Below are positions 1 through 9,512 of a stretch of 32,000 bases of DNA, piece by piece; the stretch's first letter is position 1, and each line of letters starts with the position of its first letter. Source of the stretch: Vibrio vulnificus CMCP6 (GTDB lineage Bacteria > Pseudomonadota > Gammaproteobacteria > Enterobacterales > Vibrionaceae); NCBI RefSeq assembly GCF_000039765.1, contig NC_004459.3, positions 630,001-662,000 of the forward strand, given 5' to 3'. The notes beneath the pieces are model-generated. The model saw only the letters and a program-made list of their open reading frames with translations, had not been told where the DNA came from and did no database searches. The position numbers were made by a program, and so were the translations under genes.

Positions 1-327
1 AAAATCTTTCCAAGCGATGTAGACCATTTCTCGGTTACGAAATTGACGCAAAACTCGGTGGCCCGCCACTTCATCATGACACGCTTGCAACTGCTCAGCC
101 AAACGAGTTCGATAAGCTTCTTGTCGGCTTTCTTGCGCCAACATCTCTGGAAGACTCTCGGCCAATTGAGCATCACGCTGAACCGTTTCCACCACAAACT
201 TGCTCAGTCCTGAAATAAACTGAAACTGTGTGATGAGCGCTTGCGGCCAGTGTTCAAGATAACCAGACTGCTGGGCATTTTGCATTGCCAGTTCAGCGAC
301 GGGGATCAAAGGGGATGGCAGCGACAT
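1..327 (-). CDS. glnE: Glutamine synthetase adenylyltransferase GlnE, N-terminal 109 codons (gene runs off the window start)
   Basis: Absent from the ORF track because it is truncated. The reverse complement from ATG (327-325) reads MSLPSPLIPVAELAMQNAQQSGYLEHWPQALITQFQFISGLSKFVVETVQRDAQLAESLPEML...VLRQFRNREMVYIAWKDF with no stop through position 1. The LR.FR.R.MV.IAW block and the location near ygiF match my recollection of the E. coli GlnE N-terminus and its synteny. Not aligned. Confidence 0.55.
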   Translation of the reverse strand, partial: MSLPSPLIPVAELAMQNAQQSGYLEHWPQALITQFQFISGLSKFVVETVQRDAQLAESLPEMLAQESRQEAYRTRLAEQLQACHDEVAGHRVLRQFRNREMVYIAWKDF

Positions 328-384
328 TTTTCTTCCTTGTTCTTGTTGAGCGGTTGTTCTTATTTATATCAGACTTACTGCAAT

Positions 385-414
385 AAAAAACGCCCACATG
401 AGTAATGTGGGCGT
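385..414 (-). terminator. Rho-independent terminator downstream of the MCP gene
   Basis: Perfect 10-bp stem acgcccacat / atgtgggcgt (390-399 / 405-414) with a 5-nt loop. The A-run at 385-390 on the + strand becomes the U-run after the hairpin on the - strand. It sits 19 bp past the MCP stop. Confidence 0.7.
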
Positions 415-432
415 TTCATTGTGACTAAAACC

Positions 433-1689
433 TTAGACTTTGAAAGATTTGATTTTCTTATCTAACTCTTCCGCGTTGCCTTGCATCATTTCCGAGGTTT
501 CCAGCAGCTCACTGACCACCACAACCGATGCTTCCACTAGCTCACGCACATTGGAAAGATTTTGGTCCATTTCCGCGGCAACACTGCTCTGCTGGCCAGC
601 TGCCGTCGCGATTTGTAAGTTCATGTCATTGATGCTGGTTACCTGACCAACAATGCCATCCAGTTCCGTTCCGGCGTTGGACACCAACTCAACGCCTTCC
701 GCCGCTTGCACCACACTCTTCTCCATGAGGTCAACGGCACTGCTGGCACTGGTTTGCAGCTGAGTGATCATGTCTTGAATTTCTACCGTTGCCGTTTGAG
801 TGCGCTGAGCCAGGTTGCGAACTTCGTCGGCAACAACGGCAAAGCCACGACCCGCTTCACCAGCACGAGCAGCTTCAATCGCGGCGTTCAGTGCCAACAA
901 GTTGGTCTGTTCTGAAATGCCTTGAATGGTGCCAACCACACTACCAATGGCACCGACTCGCTCTTCCACTTGGTTCACGGCTTGAGCTGAAGAAGCAATG
1001 TCTGACGACAATTGACTCATTTTCGACACTGTACCTTGCAAGAATTGCTGGCCCTTTTTCGCTTGTTGCGAGGCTTGCTCGGTCAAACTCGACGCATTGT
1101 TGGCGTGATCGGCCACGGTTTGTACCGTCGAGGTCATTTCGCTCATCGCCGTCGCCAGTTGATCAATTTCATTGAACTCTTCTTGTGCCGACTCTTTGGT
1201 TTCCGACATGCTCAGTGTCATCACTTCCGTCAAGCCGGCCAGCTCATCAGAGGCGTTGATTTGCATTTTGATCATATCGTGCAATTGCTGACGGGTTTTC
1301 TCCAGCTCACGCGCCACATCGCCATATTCATCTTTACAAGCCATGCCAAACGGAACCGAAAGGTTTCTTTGCGCCATTAATTTGATCGCATCATTTAAAT
1401 AGCGAGTTTGACGCAGCATCACGCTGGCAGCCGCCATCAAAAGAACCACAAACACAACAATCAATAAGCCCGTTTGCCAAGCCACTTGAACCATGTATTC
1501 ATCGTAATGTTGTTGCGCGAGTTGCTCATTTTGCGTTGCCGCCAACAAAGCTTGATAGAAGGTGCTGGCATCCCAAAGCTGTTTGCCAACAATCAAAACG
1601 GTACTGAACACCATCAGCAAAATCATTTTGGGAACGAGGCGAATGTCAGAGATCACCCTTTCCCAGGGCTTAAAAGCCAGCTTTTCCAT
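433..1689 (-). CDS. Methyl-accepting chemotaxis protein with a very short periplasmic loop (no recognisable ligand-binding domain), a HAMP domain and an MCP signalling domain
   Basis: 418-aa ORF. Two hydrophobic segments ([13 protein letters not shown] and [20 protein letters not shown]) lie about 35 residues apart. It carries the highly conserved MCP hairpin motif [34 protein letters not shown] and a Q/E/S-rich heptad coiled coil. Confidence 0.9.
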   Translation of the reverse strand: MEKLAFKPWERVISDIRLVPKMILLMVFSTVLIVGKQLWDASTFYQALLAATQNEQLAQQHYDEYMVQVAWQTGLLIVVFVVLLMAAASVMLRQTRYLNDAIKLMAQRNLSVPFGMACKDEYGDVARELEKTRQQLHDMIKMQINASDELAGLTEVMTLSMSETKESAQEEFNEIDQLATAMSEMTSTVQTVADHANNASSLTEQASQQAKKGQQFLQGTVSKMSQLSSDIASSAQAVNQVEERVGAIGSVVGTIQGISEQTNLLALNAAIEAARAGEAGRGFAVVADEVRNLAQRTQTATVEIQDMITQLQTSASSAVDLMEKSVVQAAEGVELVSNAGTELDGIVGQVTSINDMNLQIATAAGQQSSVAAEMDQNLSNVRELVEASVVVVSELLETSEMMQGNAEELDKKIKSFKV

Positions 1690-1737
1690 TGTTGTTTCTC
1701 CACCAGTTCTTTTATAGTCGTATCAAGAAGATGTTGC

Positions 1738-1764
1738 CTTTGGGCACTTTGCTTAAATACTTTG
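1738..1764 (-). promoter_or_regulatory. Candidate sigma28 (FliA)-type promoter for the MCP gene
   Basis: The - strand reads CAAAG-N14-GCCCAAAG, a partial match to the flagellar class promoter consensus TAAAG-N15-GCCGATAA. It lies about 50 nt upstream of the MCP start. By-eye match only. Confidence 0.25.
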
Positions 1765-1805
1765 CGCGTTAAAAACGCCACCTTGCTATTTATTTCGAGC
1801 CCCGT

Positions 1806-2558
1806 ATGAAAAGTAATGATATCAAAGAGAACACCAAACCGATGAGTCTGTTATCACTAATCTTGTCTTTTATGGCGCTATTTGTGATCTCTGGCTTACT
1901 GTTTTTTCCTTTGGATGAAGAGACCCGACAAGTTCTTATCGGTCTCGATTTCATAATCTGTAGTATTTTTCTTCTTCAGCTCAGCGTAGATTTGATCCGC
2001 GCCGCAGATAAGCGTCAATACCTCAAAACACATTGGATCGATATTCTTGCCAGTTTACCCATGATTGAGCCGCTGAGATTTGCCCGCTTGTTCCATATCT
2101 TGCGCGTCATCCTCGTATTGCGTTCTTCTCGCTTTATTCTCAATCAGCTCAAAGAAAATCGCAAAGAGACCACCATTGCGACGATTTTACTTTTGCTTGT
2201 GGTCTTGGTGACCGTCGGCTCTGGCATGATGCTGTTTATTGAAGGGAAAAACCCGGCGTCGAATATTCAAACCGGAACGGATGCCCTTTGGTGGGCGTTT
2301 GTGACGATTTCGACCGTTGGCTACGGTGATCATTATCCAGTGACAGATGGGGGGAAATTACTGGCGGTGGTGATCATCATGAGCGGCGTTGGTCTATTTG
2401 GTATGATTTCCGGTTTGATCACCTCGATACTGACCACTCCGAGCAAACAGCAAACCAATCGAGCCATCAACAAGGAGAAGATGCTAGAAACCCTCCTCGA
2501 GCAACAGCATGAAATTTTAGAGCGGCTGAAACGGCTCGAAGAGGAGCAAAAAAAATAG
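1806..2558 (+). CDS. Voltage-sensor-type (6-TM, Kv-like) potassium channel
   Basis: 250-aa ORF. It has a canonical K+ selectivity filter (TISTVGYGDHYP) and an S4-like arginine ladder (LRFARLFHILRVILVLRSSRF). About six hydrophobic segments are followed by a charged C-terminal coiled-coil tail (LLEQQHEILERLKRLEEEQKK). Confidence 0.85.
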   Translation: MKSNDIKENTKPMSLLSLILSFMALFVISGLLFFPLDEETRQVLIGLDFIICSIFLLQLSVDLIRAADKRQYLKTHWIDILASLPMIEPLRFARLFHILRVILVLRSSRFILNQLKENRKETTIATILLLLVVLVTVGSGMMLFIEGKNPASNIQTGTDALWWAFVTISTVGYGDHYPVTDGGKLLAVVIIMSGVGLFGMISGLITSILTTPSKQQTNRAINKEKMLETLLEQQHEILERLKRLEEEQKK

Positions 2559-2580
2559 GGCGCATCGCCCTATTCTTATC
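2549..2580. terminator. Bidirectional terminator between the K+ channel gene (+) and ygiF (-)
   Basis: Stem atagggcg / cgccctat (2555-2562 / 2566-2573) with a 3-nt loop. An A-run lies on the left and T-rich sequence on the right. The hairpin overlaps the channel's TAG stop. Confidence 0.55.
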
Positions 2581-2591
2581 TCGCTTCACCA

Positions 2592-4109
2592 TTAATGACG
2601 CCAGTATGGCTCTGCTTCCACACCAATGGCGCGAGTTTGATCCATCGCATGCAGCATCGAGCGCTCCTGACGAACCAACCAGCGTTCCAGTTGCTCTTTC
2701 TCTTCGCCTTCGAGTTTCTCCACCAGTGGGAGTAAATGACGCAGCATTAAGAGATCATCAATACCATGTATCAAATCGGCCCAAGGCATACGAAAGCTAT
2801 TACGCTCTTCTGCATCATACAAGCTGGCAAAGCCCACACCAGTATAGAGATTGCGCATCAAACGATAGCGTTGATCGATGTACTCTTGTGCCGACATACT
2901 TCTTTCCGCCGGAAACGCTTCCATCAACTCAGCCCAAGTGCGATCAAGTTGCTTAACTGAAAAGTCACGGATCGCGCTGGCCATCTTTTCTCTTGCTTTG
3001 TCATCAAGGAATGGCTGCCAACCACGCGTTAAAATCCAACGGCTCAAATCGAGCAGTAATCCGGTATAACGCGCACTGGTGAGCAAGGTCAATACCTCTT
3101 CTCGATCAGGCAACTCTTCAAATTGCTGGGTTAACTCCGCCACTAAGAACTTACGCGCATCCAATTTCCGCAGCACATTGCCTTTGTCATCAAGAAGTTC
3201 CGTTAAATGTGCGTGCTCTGACAACCACGCTAGCTCTTCTTCTAGCCATTTAAGCTCTTGACGCAGAATCGCACTGGCGCGTCGTGGCACAACTCCGCCA
3301 TAAATGGTCAAGGTTTGGCGAATAAAGCTGATGGCGTGGCTGATTTCATGTAACGCTTCCACCGATTCGCGTTCCACATAAATTTGCTCGTGATAGTGCC
3401 AATGGGAAAGGGCATGCTCGAGTGAGTTGATCAAACAATATTCCACATTGTCCATCTTGCCCGTATCCACTAGGCTCAATGGTTTCACTTCGTCGCCTTG
3501 GTAACCTAAAGCCAAGCGATAACCTTTCGCCGCTTTACTTAAATTGCCTAAACGCATACCGCCAGACTCACACAAATGGCGAGCAAGGGTAAATAAGGCT
3601 TCGGTTTGACCTGATTTCAGTTCTAACTCCACCTCACAGATGGGATCTTGCTTATCCTCCGCGCTCACCATTCCTTGGTCAAACGCCACTTCAACTTGGC
3701 TTCCATCAGGCATACCAATCAGCCATTGTTCGCGGGTAAAGTTGGTGGAGAACAGCGCCATCAATTCCGATTGCAAGGTGTCAACATCTTTACCTTGAGG
3801 CCAAATATCACCAGGATGTAAATGAAGATTTGGCGTATTGCAGGTATGTTCTGCGTTGTATTCAGGGCGTTGATGTAAGCCTGCAACAACGCGTCCTGCC
3901 GTCTTGACGGTTTGCACGAAAACATCATCAAAGCGGCGTATCCGTAAGCCTGTATCGTGTTGGCGAAGCCAGTTGTCTGGCGTATCAAAATAGGTGTTTC
4001 CTAAATCGCGACAACTGTGCTGAAGTACTTTGGTTTCGGCGATTTTTTCGCGCAAAGTTTCTGAAAATTCAGGAGAAACAAAAAACTTCAGTTCTATCTC
4101 GGTTTCCAT
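2592..4109 (-). CDS. ygiF: CYTH + CHAD domain protein (YgiF-type inorganic triphosphatase)
   Basis: 505-aa ORF. The N-terminus METEIELKF carries the ExExK signature of the CYTH family. A long helical C-terminal half is consistent with CHAD. Its position in the glnE/ygiM/cca neighbourhood matches E. coli ygiF. Confidence 0.8.
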   Translation of the reverse strand: METEIELKFFVSPEFSETLREKIAETKVLQHSCRDLGNTYFDTPDNWLRQHDTGLRIRRFDDVFVQTVKTAGRVVAGLHQRPEYNAEHTCNTPNLHLHPGDIWPQGKDVDTLQSELMALFSTNFTREQWLIGMPDGSQVEVAFDQGMVSAEDKQDPICEVELELKSGQTEALFTLARHLCESGGMRLGNLSKAAKGYRLALGYQGDEVKPLSLVDTGKMDNVEYCLINSLEHALSHWHYHEQIYVERESVEALHEISHAISFIRQTLTIYGGVVPRRASAILRQELKWLEEELAWLSEHAHLTELLDDKGNVLRKLDARKFLVAELTQQFEELPDREEVLTLLTSARYTGLLLDLSRWILTRGWQPFLDDKAREKMASAIRDFSVKQLDRTWAELMEAFPAERSMSAQEYIDQRYRLMRNLYTGVGFASLYDAEERNSFRMPWADLIHGIDDLLMLRHLLPLVEKLEGEEKEQLERWLVRQERSMLHAMDQTRAIGVEAEPYWRH

Positions 4110-4308
4110 AGTTATACCTTCTCAAGCAGACTGGGACAGGATATTGCCTAAATTCTCGAGGGGCAAGAAAGAAATATCGCACTAATGATGATCTAAAACA
4201 GTTTTAATGATGGATTTAATGCGTTAACATGCGCGCCTTTATAGCCATCGCTCAACATTTCACCACGAAATGGTGTATGTTCTTTTAAGGTTATATTTAT
4301 TAGGTTGA

Positions 4309-4995
4309 ATGACCATGCCAATGAATACAATTATGGGGTTATTTGCAAAGTCCCCTATCAAGCCTTTGCAGCGTCACGTAGTTTGTGTCAACGAATGTTG
4401 CGGACACCTAATCAATTTCTTTGAAGTTTGTTCAGAGGGAGATTGGGAAAAAGCAGCAGAAATCCGTGCTCAGATCTCACATCTAGAGAAAGAAGCGGAT
4501 GTTCTAAAACGTGAAATTCGTCTGAAACTTCCTCGCGGTTTGTTCCTGCCAGTCGATCGTACTGACATGCTTGAGCTACTGACTCAGCAAGACAAACTCG
4601 CCAACTTAGCAAAGGACATTGCAGGCCGTGTTTACGGTCGTAAGCTGATGATTCCTGAAGCACTCCAACCAAATTTCATTGCTTATGTTCAACGTTGTCT
4701 TGATGCGGCTAACCAAGCGCAAAACGTGATCAATGAGCTTGATGAGCTTCTTGAAACTGGATTCAAAGGGCGTGAAGTCACGCTGGTTGCAGAAATGATT
4801 AATCAATTGGATGTCATTGAAGATGACACTGATGCGATGCAAATCGGCCTGCGTCAGCAACTGATGACCATTGAGTCAGAGATGAACCCTATCGATGTCA
4901 TGTTCTTGTACAAGATTCTTGAATGGGTAGGCGGCATTGCAGACCAGGCTCAGCGTGTAGGCGCGCGTCTGGAATTGATGCTATCTCGATCTTAA
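4309..4995 (+). CDS. DUF47/TIGR00153-family protein (PhoU-like putative phosphate-transport regulator)
   Basis: 228-aa ORF. It is helical and acidic, of the type that normally precedes PiT-family transporters, and it sits directly upstream of one here. The exact start is ambiguous (MTMPMNTIM: ATG at 4309, 4315 or 4321). Confidence 0.75.
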   Translation: MTMPMNTIMGLFAKSPIKPLQRHVVCVNECCGHLINFFEVCSEGDWEKAAEIRAQISHLEKEADVLKREIRLKLPRGLFLPVDRTDMLELLTQQDKLANLAKDIAGRVYGRKLMIPEALQPNFIAYVQRCLDAANQAQNVINELDELLETGFKGREVTLVAEMINQLDVIEDDTDAMQIGLRQQLMTIESEMNPIDVMFLYKILEWVGGIADQAQRVGARLELMLSRS

Positions 4996-5129
4996 TTTTT
5001 TAAGTCAACGAAACATAACGAAGAGCATTATCGACCCATCCTGTTTTGGCCAATAACAGTTTTCTGGCTAAGGCAGGATAACGTCTGTTTGATATTGCTC
5101 CGCTTGTTATAAATCAACTAGGTATTACG

Positions 5130-6389
5130 ATGGATATCCTTGCGAACTACGGCACTGTCCTGATTATTGTTGCAGCTGTTTTTGGTTTTATGATGGCAAT
5201 TGGTATTGGCGCGAACGACGTTGCCAATGCGATGGGCACATCGGTAGGCTCAAAAGCACTTACCGTAAAACAAGCGATCATCATTGCGATGATCTTCGAA
5301 TTTGCGGGTGCATATCTTGCAGGCGGTGAAGTAACCGACACTATCCGTAAAGGTGTTATCGAAACATCTCTCTTTGCTCACCAACCAGATGTTCTTGTCT
5401 TCGGGATGATGTCTGCGCTCCTAGCAGCAGGTACATGGCTACTGTTGGCTTCTTACATGGGTTGGCCAGTATCGACCACGCACTCTATTATCGGTGCGAT
5501 CATCGGTTTCGCCTGCGTTTCAGTCGGCACTGAAGCGGTAGACTGGAGCAGCGTACAAGGCATCGTGGGAAGCTGGATCATTACACCACTGATCTCTGGT
5601 TTCTTCGCTTACGTCATTTTCGTCAGCGCACAACGCCTGATTTTCGATACAGAAAAACCATTGATGAACGCCAAGCGTTTCGTACCTGTGTACATGTTTA
5701 TTACCACCATGGTGATTGCACTGGTTACCATCAAGAAAGGGCTAAAACACGTTGGTCTGCACCTGAGCAGCACCGAAGCGTGGTTCTGGTCTGCCGGTGT
5801 TTCTGGCCTTGTTATGCTAGGCGGCTACCTCTACATCCAGAAGAAATTCGCTAACCGCGAAGACGATCATGGTTTCGCTGGCGTAGAAAGCATCTTCAGC
5901 GTTCTTATGGTCATCACCGCTTGTGCAATGGCATTCGCACACGGCTCAAACGACGTAGCAAACGCGATCGGTCCACTGTCTGCCGTTGTATCAACCATTG
6001 AGCACATGGGCGAAGTAACCGCGAAAAGCACTATCGCTTGGTGGATTCTTCCTCTTGGTGGTTTTGGTATTGTTGTGGGTCTTGCGACCATGGGCCACAA
6101 AGTAATGGCAACGGTGGGTACAGGTATCACTGAACTGACTCCAAGCCGTGGTTTTGCTGCTCAGCTTGCCACTGCCTCAACCGTTGTACTGGCTTCTGGT
6201 ACTGGTTTACCAATTTCGACCACACAAACACTTGTGGGTGCGGTATTGGGTGTTGGTTTTGCACGCGGTATCGCAGCACTCAACCTAGGCGTGGTTCGTA
6301 ATATCGTTGCTTCTTGGGTTGTAACACTACCTGCAGGTGCACTGCTTGCCGTGGTGTTCTACTACGCAATGCAAGCGATCTTCGGTTAA
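5130..6389 (+). CDS. Inorganic phosphate transporter, PiT (Pho4) family
   Basis: 419-aa polytopic membrane ORF with the duplicated PiT signature GANDVANAMGTSVG (N-terminal) and GSNDVANAIGP (C-terminal half). Confidence 0.9.
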   Translation: MDILANYGTVLIIVAAVFGFMMAIGIGANDVANAMGTSVGSKALTVKQAIIIAMIFEFAGAYLAGGEVTDTIRKGVIETSLFAHQPDVLVFGMMSALLAAGTWLLLASYMGWPVSTTHSIIGAIIGFACVSVGTEAVDWSSVQGIVGSWIITPLISGFFAYVIFVSAQRLIFDTEKPLMNAKRFVPVYMFITTMVIALVTIKKGLKHVGLHLSSTEAWFWSAGVSGLVMLGGYLYIQKKFANREDDHGFAGVESIFSVLMVITACAMAFAHGSNDVANAIGPLSAVVSTIEHMGEVTAKSTIAWWILPLGGFGIVVGLATMGHKVMATVGTGITELTPSRGFAAQLATASTVVLASGTGLPISTTQTLVGAVLGVGFARGIAALNLGVVRNIVASWVVTLPAGALLAVVFYYAMQAIFG

Positions 6390-6463
6390 TTTTCTCGTCA
6401 TGAGAATGTAAGGCGCGCCGCGATTGTGTAAGCGCCTTGTCATATTTGACTCAAACGCACATT

Positions 6464-6491
6464 AAGGGAGGCTTTGCCTCCCTTCTTTGTT
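6464..6491 (+). terminator. Rho-independent terminator after the PiT gene
   Basis: 9-bp stem aagggaggc / gcctccctt with a ttt loop, followed by ctttgtt. A second upstream hairpin, aaggcgc...gcgcctt, lies at about 6410-6438. Confidence 0.7.
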
Positions 6492-6572
6492 GCATGCGTC
6501 AGGGAAAGTTTTTACTATTCGTTAATCCGAATTTTTATCGCCGACTCTGATTAAATCGTTAAGGGATTTATT

Positions 6573-7184
6573 GTGAAAAAACTCATCGTCACGGTGTTAC
6601 TGACTATTCTGGCTGTACCATCCGTTTTCGCCCAAGACCGCTACATCGCAGATGAACTGTTTACCTACATGCACTCTGGCCCAAATAACACGTTTCGTAT
6701 TATTGGTAGCGTTGATGCGGGTAGCAAAGTAAAACTCCTTCAAACCAACAGCGAAACTGGCTATAGCGAAGTGGTCGATGAGCGAGGCCGCAAGGGCTGG
6801 GTTCAAGCAAAATTCATCACACGCCAAGAAAGTATGGCTGTGCGCCTTCCTCGTCTTGAGAAAGAGCTGAAAGAAGTAAAATCTCAATTGGCGAATGCGC
6901 GCCAAAATGCCGATACCGAAAAGGCAGGCTTGGTGGACTCCCTTGACACTCGCAACCAACAAATTTCAGATCTAGAGAAGAAATACAGCGAAATCAGTGA
7001 TCAACTTGCTTCTGTACAAACAGAAAATCGCCAACTGCGTGCAAAACTCGACACACAAAAAGACGACCTACTGTTGAAATACTTCATGTACGGTGGTGGT
7101 GTGGCTGGCATTGGTCTTCTGTTCGGCTTGATTCTGCCTTACATGATCCCACGTCGTAAGAAGTCAAACTCAGGCTGGGCATAA
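6573..7184 (+). CDS. ygiM: SH3-domain membrane-anchored protein (YgiM/TIGR04211-like)
   Basis: 203-aa ORF with a GTG start. It has a signal peptide (MKKLIVTVLLTILAVPSVFA), an SH3-like block (GYSEVVDERGRKGWVQAKFI), a coiled coil, a C-terminal TM segment and a basic tail. Its position upstream of cca matches E. coli. Confidence 0.75.
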   Translation: MKKLIVTVLLTILAVPSVFAQDRYIADELFTYMHSGPNNTFRIIGSVDAGSKVKLLQTNSETGYSEVVDERGRKGWVQAKFITRQESMAVRLPRLEKELKEVKSQLANARQNADTEKAGLVDSLDTRNQQISDLEKKYSEISDQLASVQTENRQLRAKLDTQKDDLLLKYFMYGGGVAGIGLLFGLILPYMIPRRKKSNSGWA

Positions 7185-7193
7185 ACATCAAAA

Positions 7194-7222
7194 CGGGCCG
7201 CATTCGCGGCCCGATTTCTTTC
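7194..7222 (+). terminator. Rho-independent terminator after ygiM (possibly also serving the convergent gspAB-like gene)
   Basis: 8-bp GC-rich stem cgggccgc / gcggcccg with loop attc, followed by atttctttct. aaaa lies on the left flank. Confidence 0.7.
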
Positions 7223-7257
7223 TCACTCTTCGGCTGATGAACCCTTGCAGTTCCTCT

Positions 7258-9414
7258 TTAGCCTTTCCATTCATAGAGCGCTGGAATTTCGATCTGCTCT
7301 CCTTGGAACTCAACAATCACCGACTGCGCTGAAATCTCCACCAGTTGAATCTGGTTATCGATCCACTCACCTTGATGGAACTCCGCACCATTAATCTTCA
7401 ACCAGCGACGTTTCGGATCGCTCGAATACATGTGTGTCTGCAAATTGAGTGGCGGCAAGCGCCCATGCCATTTTTCCGCGCTCAGATCGAGCCTTGAAAC
7501 CGTTGACTCTGCTTGCGGTGAGTTGTCAGTTTGTGTCTCCACCAGCAAGGCATTTTCGACTTTTTGCGCCAGCTCTGGCGATAAGCCTGACAGGTCGAGG
7601 TTTTCAAACAGTCGCTCGTCCTCTGTTTTCTTTTCTTCACTCGGAATTGATGGGCTCGCCACCAAAGTGGGGCTTGTTTGATCGGCCACGTTGATAACGT
7701 CGCCAGTTTCCGCCAACGGATATGTTCTGAGAAGGGGCGCGAGCGAGGGAAACTCAGGATAGCGCATCACCTGCTCTTCGCCTTGTTTCTCAGCCTGAGA
7801 GAGTTCTCGCCACGGCTCGGACAATGAGACCATGTGCTGCAAACGCGCCAAGGTACGCTGACCGGCGATGCCATCCTCGGTCATCGCTTGCCAACGTTGA
7901 AACCATTCCACTCGCTGCATCAGCTCTGCATTAAACTGCGTCGTCATTAACGGTTCATCATTGAGTGCTTTAGCGAGCAATTGGTCCAAAACTTCAATGG
8001 CCTCACCGTGCATACCCAGGCGCAATGTCTCTCTCAGAGGCATAGGCCATAGATCGGTGACTTCGCCCCGCCATAATGACATCAACTGTGGAACCGTGAA
8101 GGTGAGGCGTTGCTCGCCTGTAAGCAGAACGACGCGCTCTGAGTTGACTTCCAGCAAGACAACGTAAGCCCGTTGCCCTTCATGCTGCAGTGTCAGCAAC
8201 AAAGGGTGTGGCGTTTGCTGCAACTCTTGCCAATTAAGCTGCCGAACTTGGCACTGGAAAATCGACGTGGATGGCTGTTCACATAAGGTATCGATGCGCG
8301 TTGCTCGATATCCCCATAATTTGTAAAGCTCTTCTAATCCTTGCGCTCGAGTGGTCATCCGCGCGACAGCTGACTCGCCGAGCCATTGTTCATCATTCAC
8401 CAAGATTGCTGGCACTGAAGCTGGTACAGGCAACTCGGTTGCAGGCCTGTCTAGCTCGACCTGAGGCGCAGTGGAAACGACATTGTCAGTGGGGATCAAA
8501 GGCCAATAAGCGGCCATGGCCAACACTCCGGCAACGCAAACGGCCAGTACAGAGACTTTCCCCCAAGGGAAAGACAAACGGTTTGAGGTTTGCTGATAGA
8601 TCTCAGCCTGAAATGCCATCACATTTTGGCAAGCACGCTCGACCGTCGCTTTAGTGATTTTTTTGTCGCCTTGGTGATAGCTCAATTGCAACGCTTTATC
8701 GCAAATCAAGTTAATCAGGCGGGGAATACCATGACTATACTGAGCAATCACTTTGGCGCTGGCGTGATCAAACAGGGTACGATTTCCCCCAGCGGTATGA
8801 ATACGAAACGCAATGTAGTCTGCGGTTTCTTGAGGATTCAGTGGCAATAGGTGGTAACGGCCTGTAATGCGCTGAGCAAGTTGCCGCAATTGTGTGGTCT
8901 GCAGTAATTGTTGCAGTTCAGGTTGCCCCACCAACAACACTTTTAACAGCTTGCGTGTTTCCGTTTCCAGATTGGTCAATAAACGCAACTGCTCCAATAC
9001 ATCCGCCGCCAAATGTTGTGCTTCATCAATCACCAACAAGGTTTGGATATTTTGCTGATGATTTTCCAACAAAAACTGATAAATGCGTTGGTTGAGCTGT
9101 TTAAGGGAAGCGTTGGCCGTGTAGCTCAAGCCAAACTCATCACAAATGGCTTCAAGCAGTTCGACACTGGAAAAAGTTGGGTTGAGCAGCAAAGCGGCAC
9201 AGGTTTGGCCGTCAAGGTTGGCCAACATTGATTTTGCGACTGTGGTTTTCCCCGTCCCCACTTCCCCAGTCAGCATGGCAAAACCGCCCCCATCCCCGAG
9301 GCCAGCCTGTAAATGTGTGATGGCTTCACGATGGCGCTGACTTAAATAGAGATAGCGGGAGTTGGGCACTATCGAGAAAGGCAGCTCAGAGAAACCAAAA
9401 AAATCCTTATACAT
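7258..9414 (-). CDS. Fused ExeA/GspA-like AAA+ ATPase with a peptidoglycan-binding domain and a GspB-like C-terminal domain (type II secretion accessory protein)
   Basis: 718-aa ORF. The N-terminus has the ExeA-type Walker A ([11 protein letters not shown]). A single TM segment ([21 protein letters not shown]) follows. A periplasmic PG-binding-like motif ([17 protein letters not shown]) is present. The C-terminal 60 aa ([43 protein letters not shown]) resemble the GspB C-terminal domain. Domain calls are from memory of the families. Confidence 0.75.
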   Translation of the reverse strand: MYKDFFGFSELPFSIVPNSRYLYLSQRHREAITHLQAGLGDGGGFAMLTGEVGTGKTTVAKSMLANLDGQTCAALLLNPTFSSVELLEAICDEFGLSYTANASLKQLNQRIYQFLLENHQQNIQTLLVIDEAQHLAADVLEQLRLLTNLETETRKLLKVLLVGQPELQQLLQTTQLRQLAQRITGRYHLLPLNPQETADYIAFRIHTAGGNRTLFDHASAKVIAQYSHGIPRLINLICDKALQLSYHQGDKKITKATVERACQNVMAFQAEIYQQTSNRLSFPWGKVSVLAVCVAGVLAMAAYWPLIPTDNVVSTAPQVELDRPATELPVPASVPAILVNDEQWLGESAVARMTTRAQGLEELYKLWGYRATRIDTLCEQPSTSIFQCQVRQLNWQELQQTPHPLLLTLQHEGQRAYVVLLEVNSERVVLLTGEQRLTFTVPQLMSLWRGEVTDLWPMPLRETLRLGMHGEAIEVLDQLLAKALNDEPLMTTQFNAELMQRVEWFQRWQAMTEDGIAGQRTLARLQHMVSLSEPWRELSQAEKQGEEQVMRYPEFPSLAPLLRTYPLAETGDVINVADQTSPTLVASPSIPSEEKKTEDERLFENLDLSGLSPELAQKVENALLVETQTDNSPQAESTVSRLDLSAEKWHGRLPPLNLQTHMYSSDPKRRWLKINGAEFHQGEWIDNQIQLVEISAQSVIVEFQGEQIEIPALYEWKG

Positions 9415-9512
9415 ACACAGACCAAATGCAAATACGTCAATTGAATAGAGAGCAAAGTACCATTGCTTGCTACAATGTCCAGTCAGATAAGCAAATATTC
9501 GAGGTCACACGC

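Noticed and set aside
789-1175. Long antisense or alternative-frame ORFs inside real genes. Examples are 789-1175 and 1012-1380 (opposite the MCP), 6597-6962, 10163-10504, 12526-12816, 23288-23695, 25779-26201, 27438-27800 and 29317-29679.
   Set aside because: Each lies entirely or largely within a strongly supported gene on the other strand or in another frame. Their low-complexity, Arg/Ser/Cys-rich translations show no family resemblance, which is typical of shadow ORFs.
4110-4308. Searched the ygiF/DUF47 divergent spacer for a Pho box, given the phosphate theme.
   Set aside because: There is no CTGTCAT-type direct repeat at 11-bp spacing, only a short palindrome (TAAAAC-A-GTTTTA). I left this as an open question in the findings rather than calling a site.
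9426-9512. 5' extensions of track ORFs: cca (9426-9512), dnaG (16192-16224), rpoD (18031-18087), mtlA (24943-24993), mtlR (28245-28256) and the TRAP SBP (23373-23432).
   Set aside because: In each case the well-conserved N-terminus, as I recall it from E. coli homologues, or a signal peptide in the case of the SBP, begins at an internal ATG/GTG that has a better SD. The upstream residues look like translated non-coding sequence.
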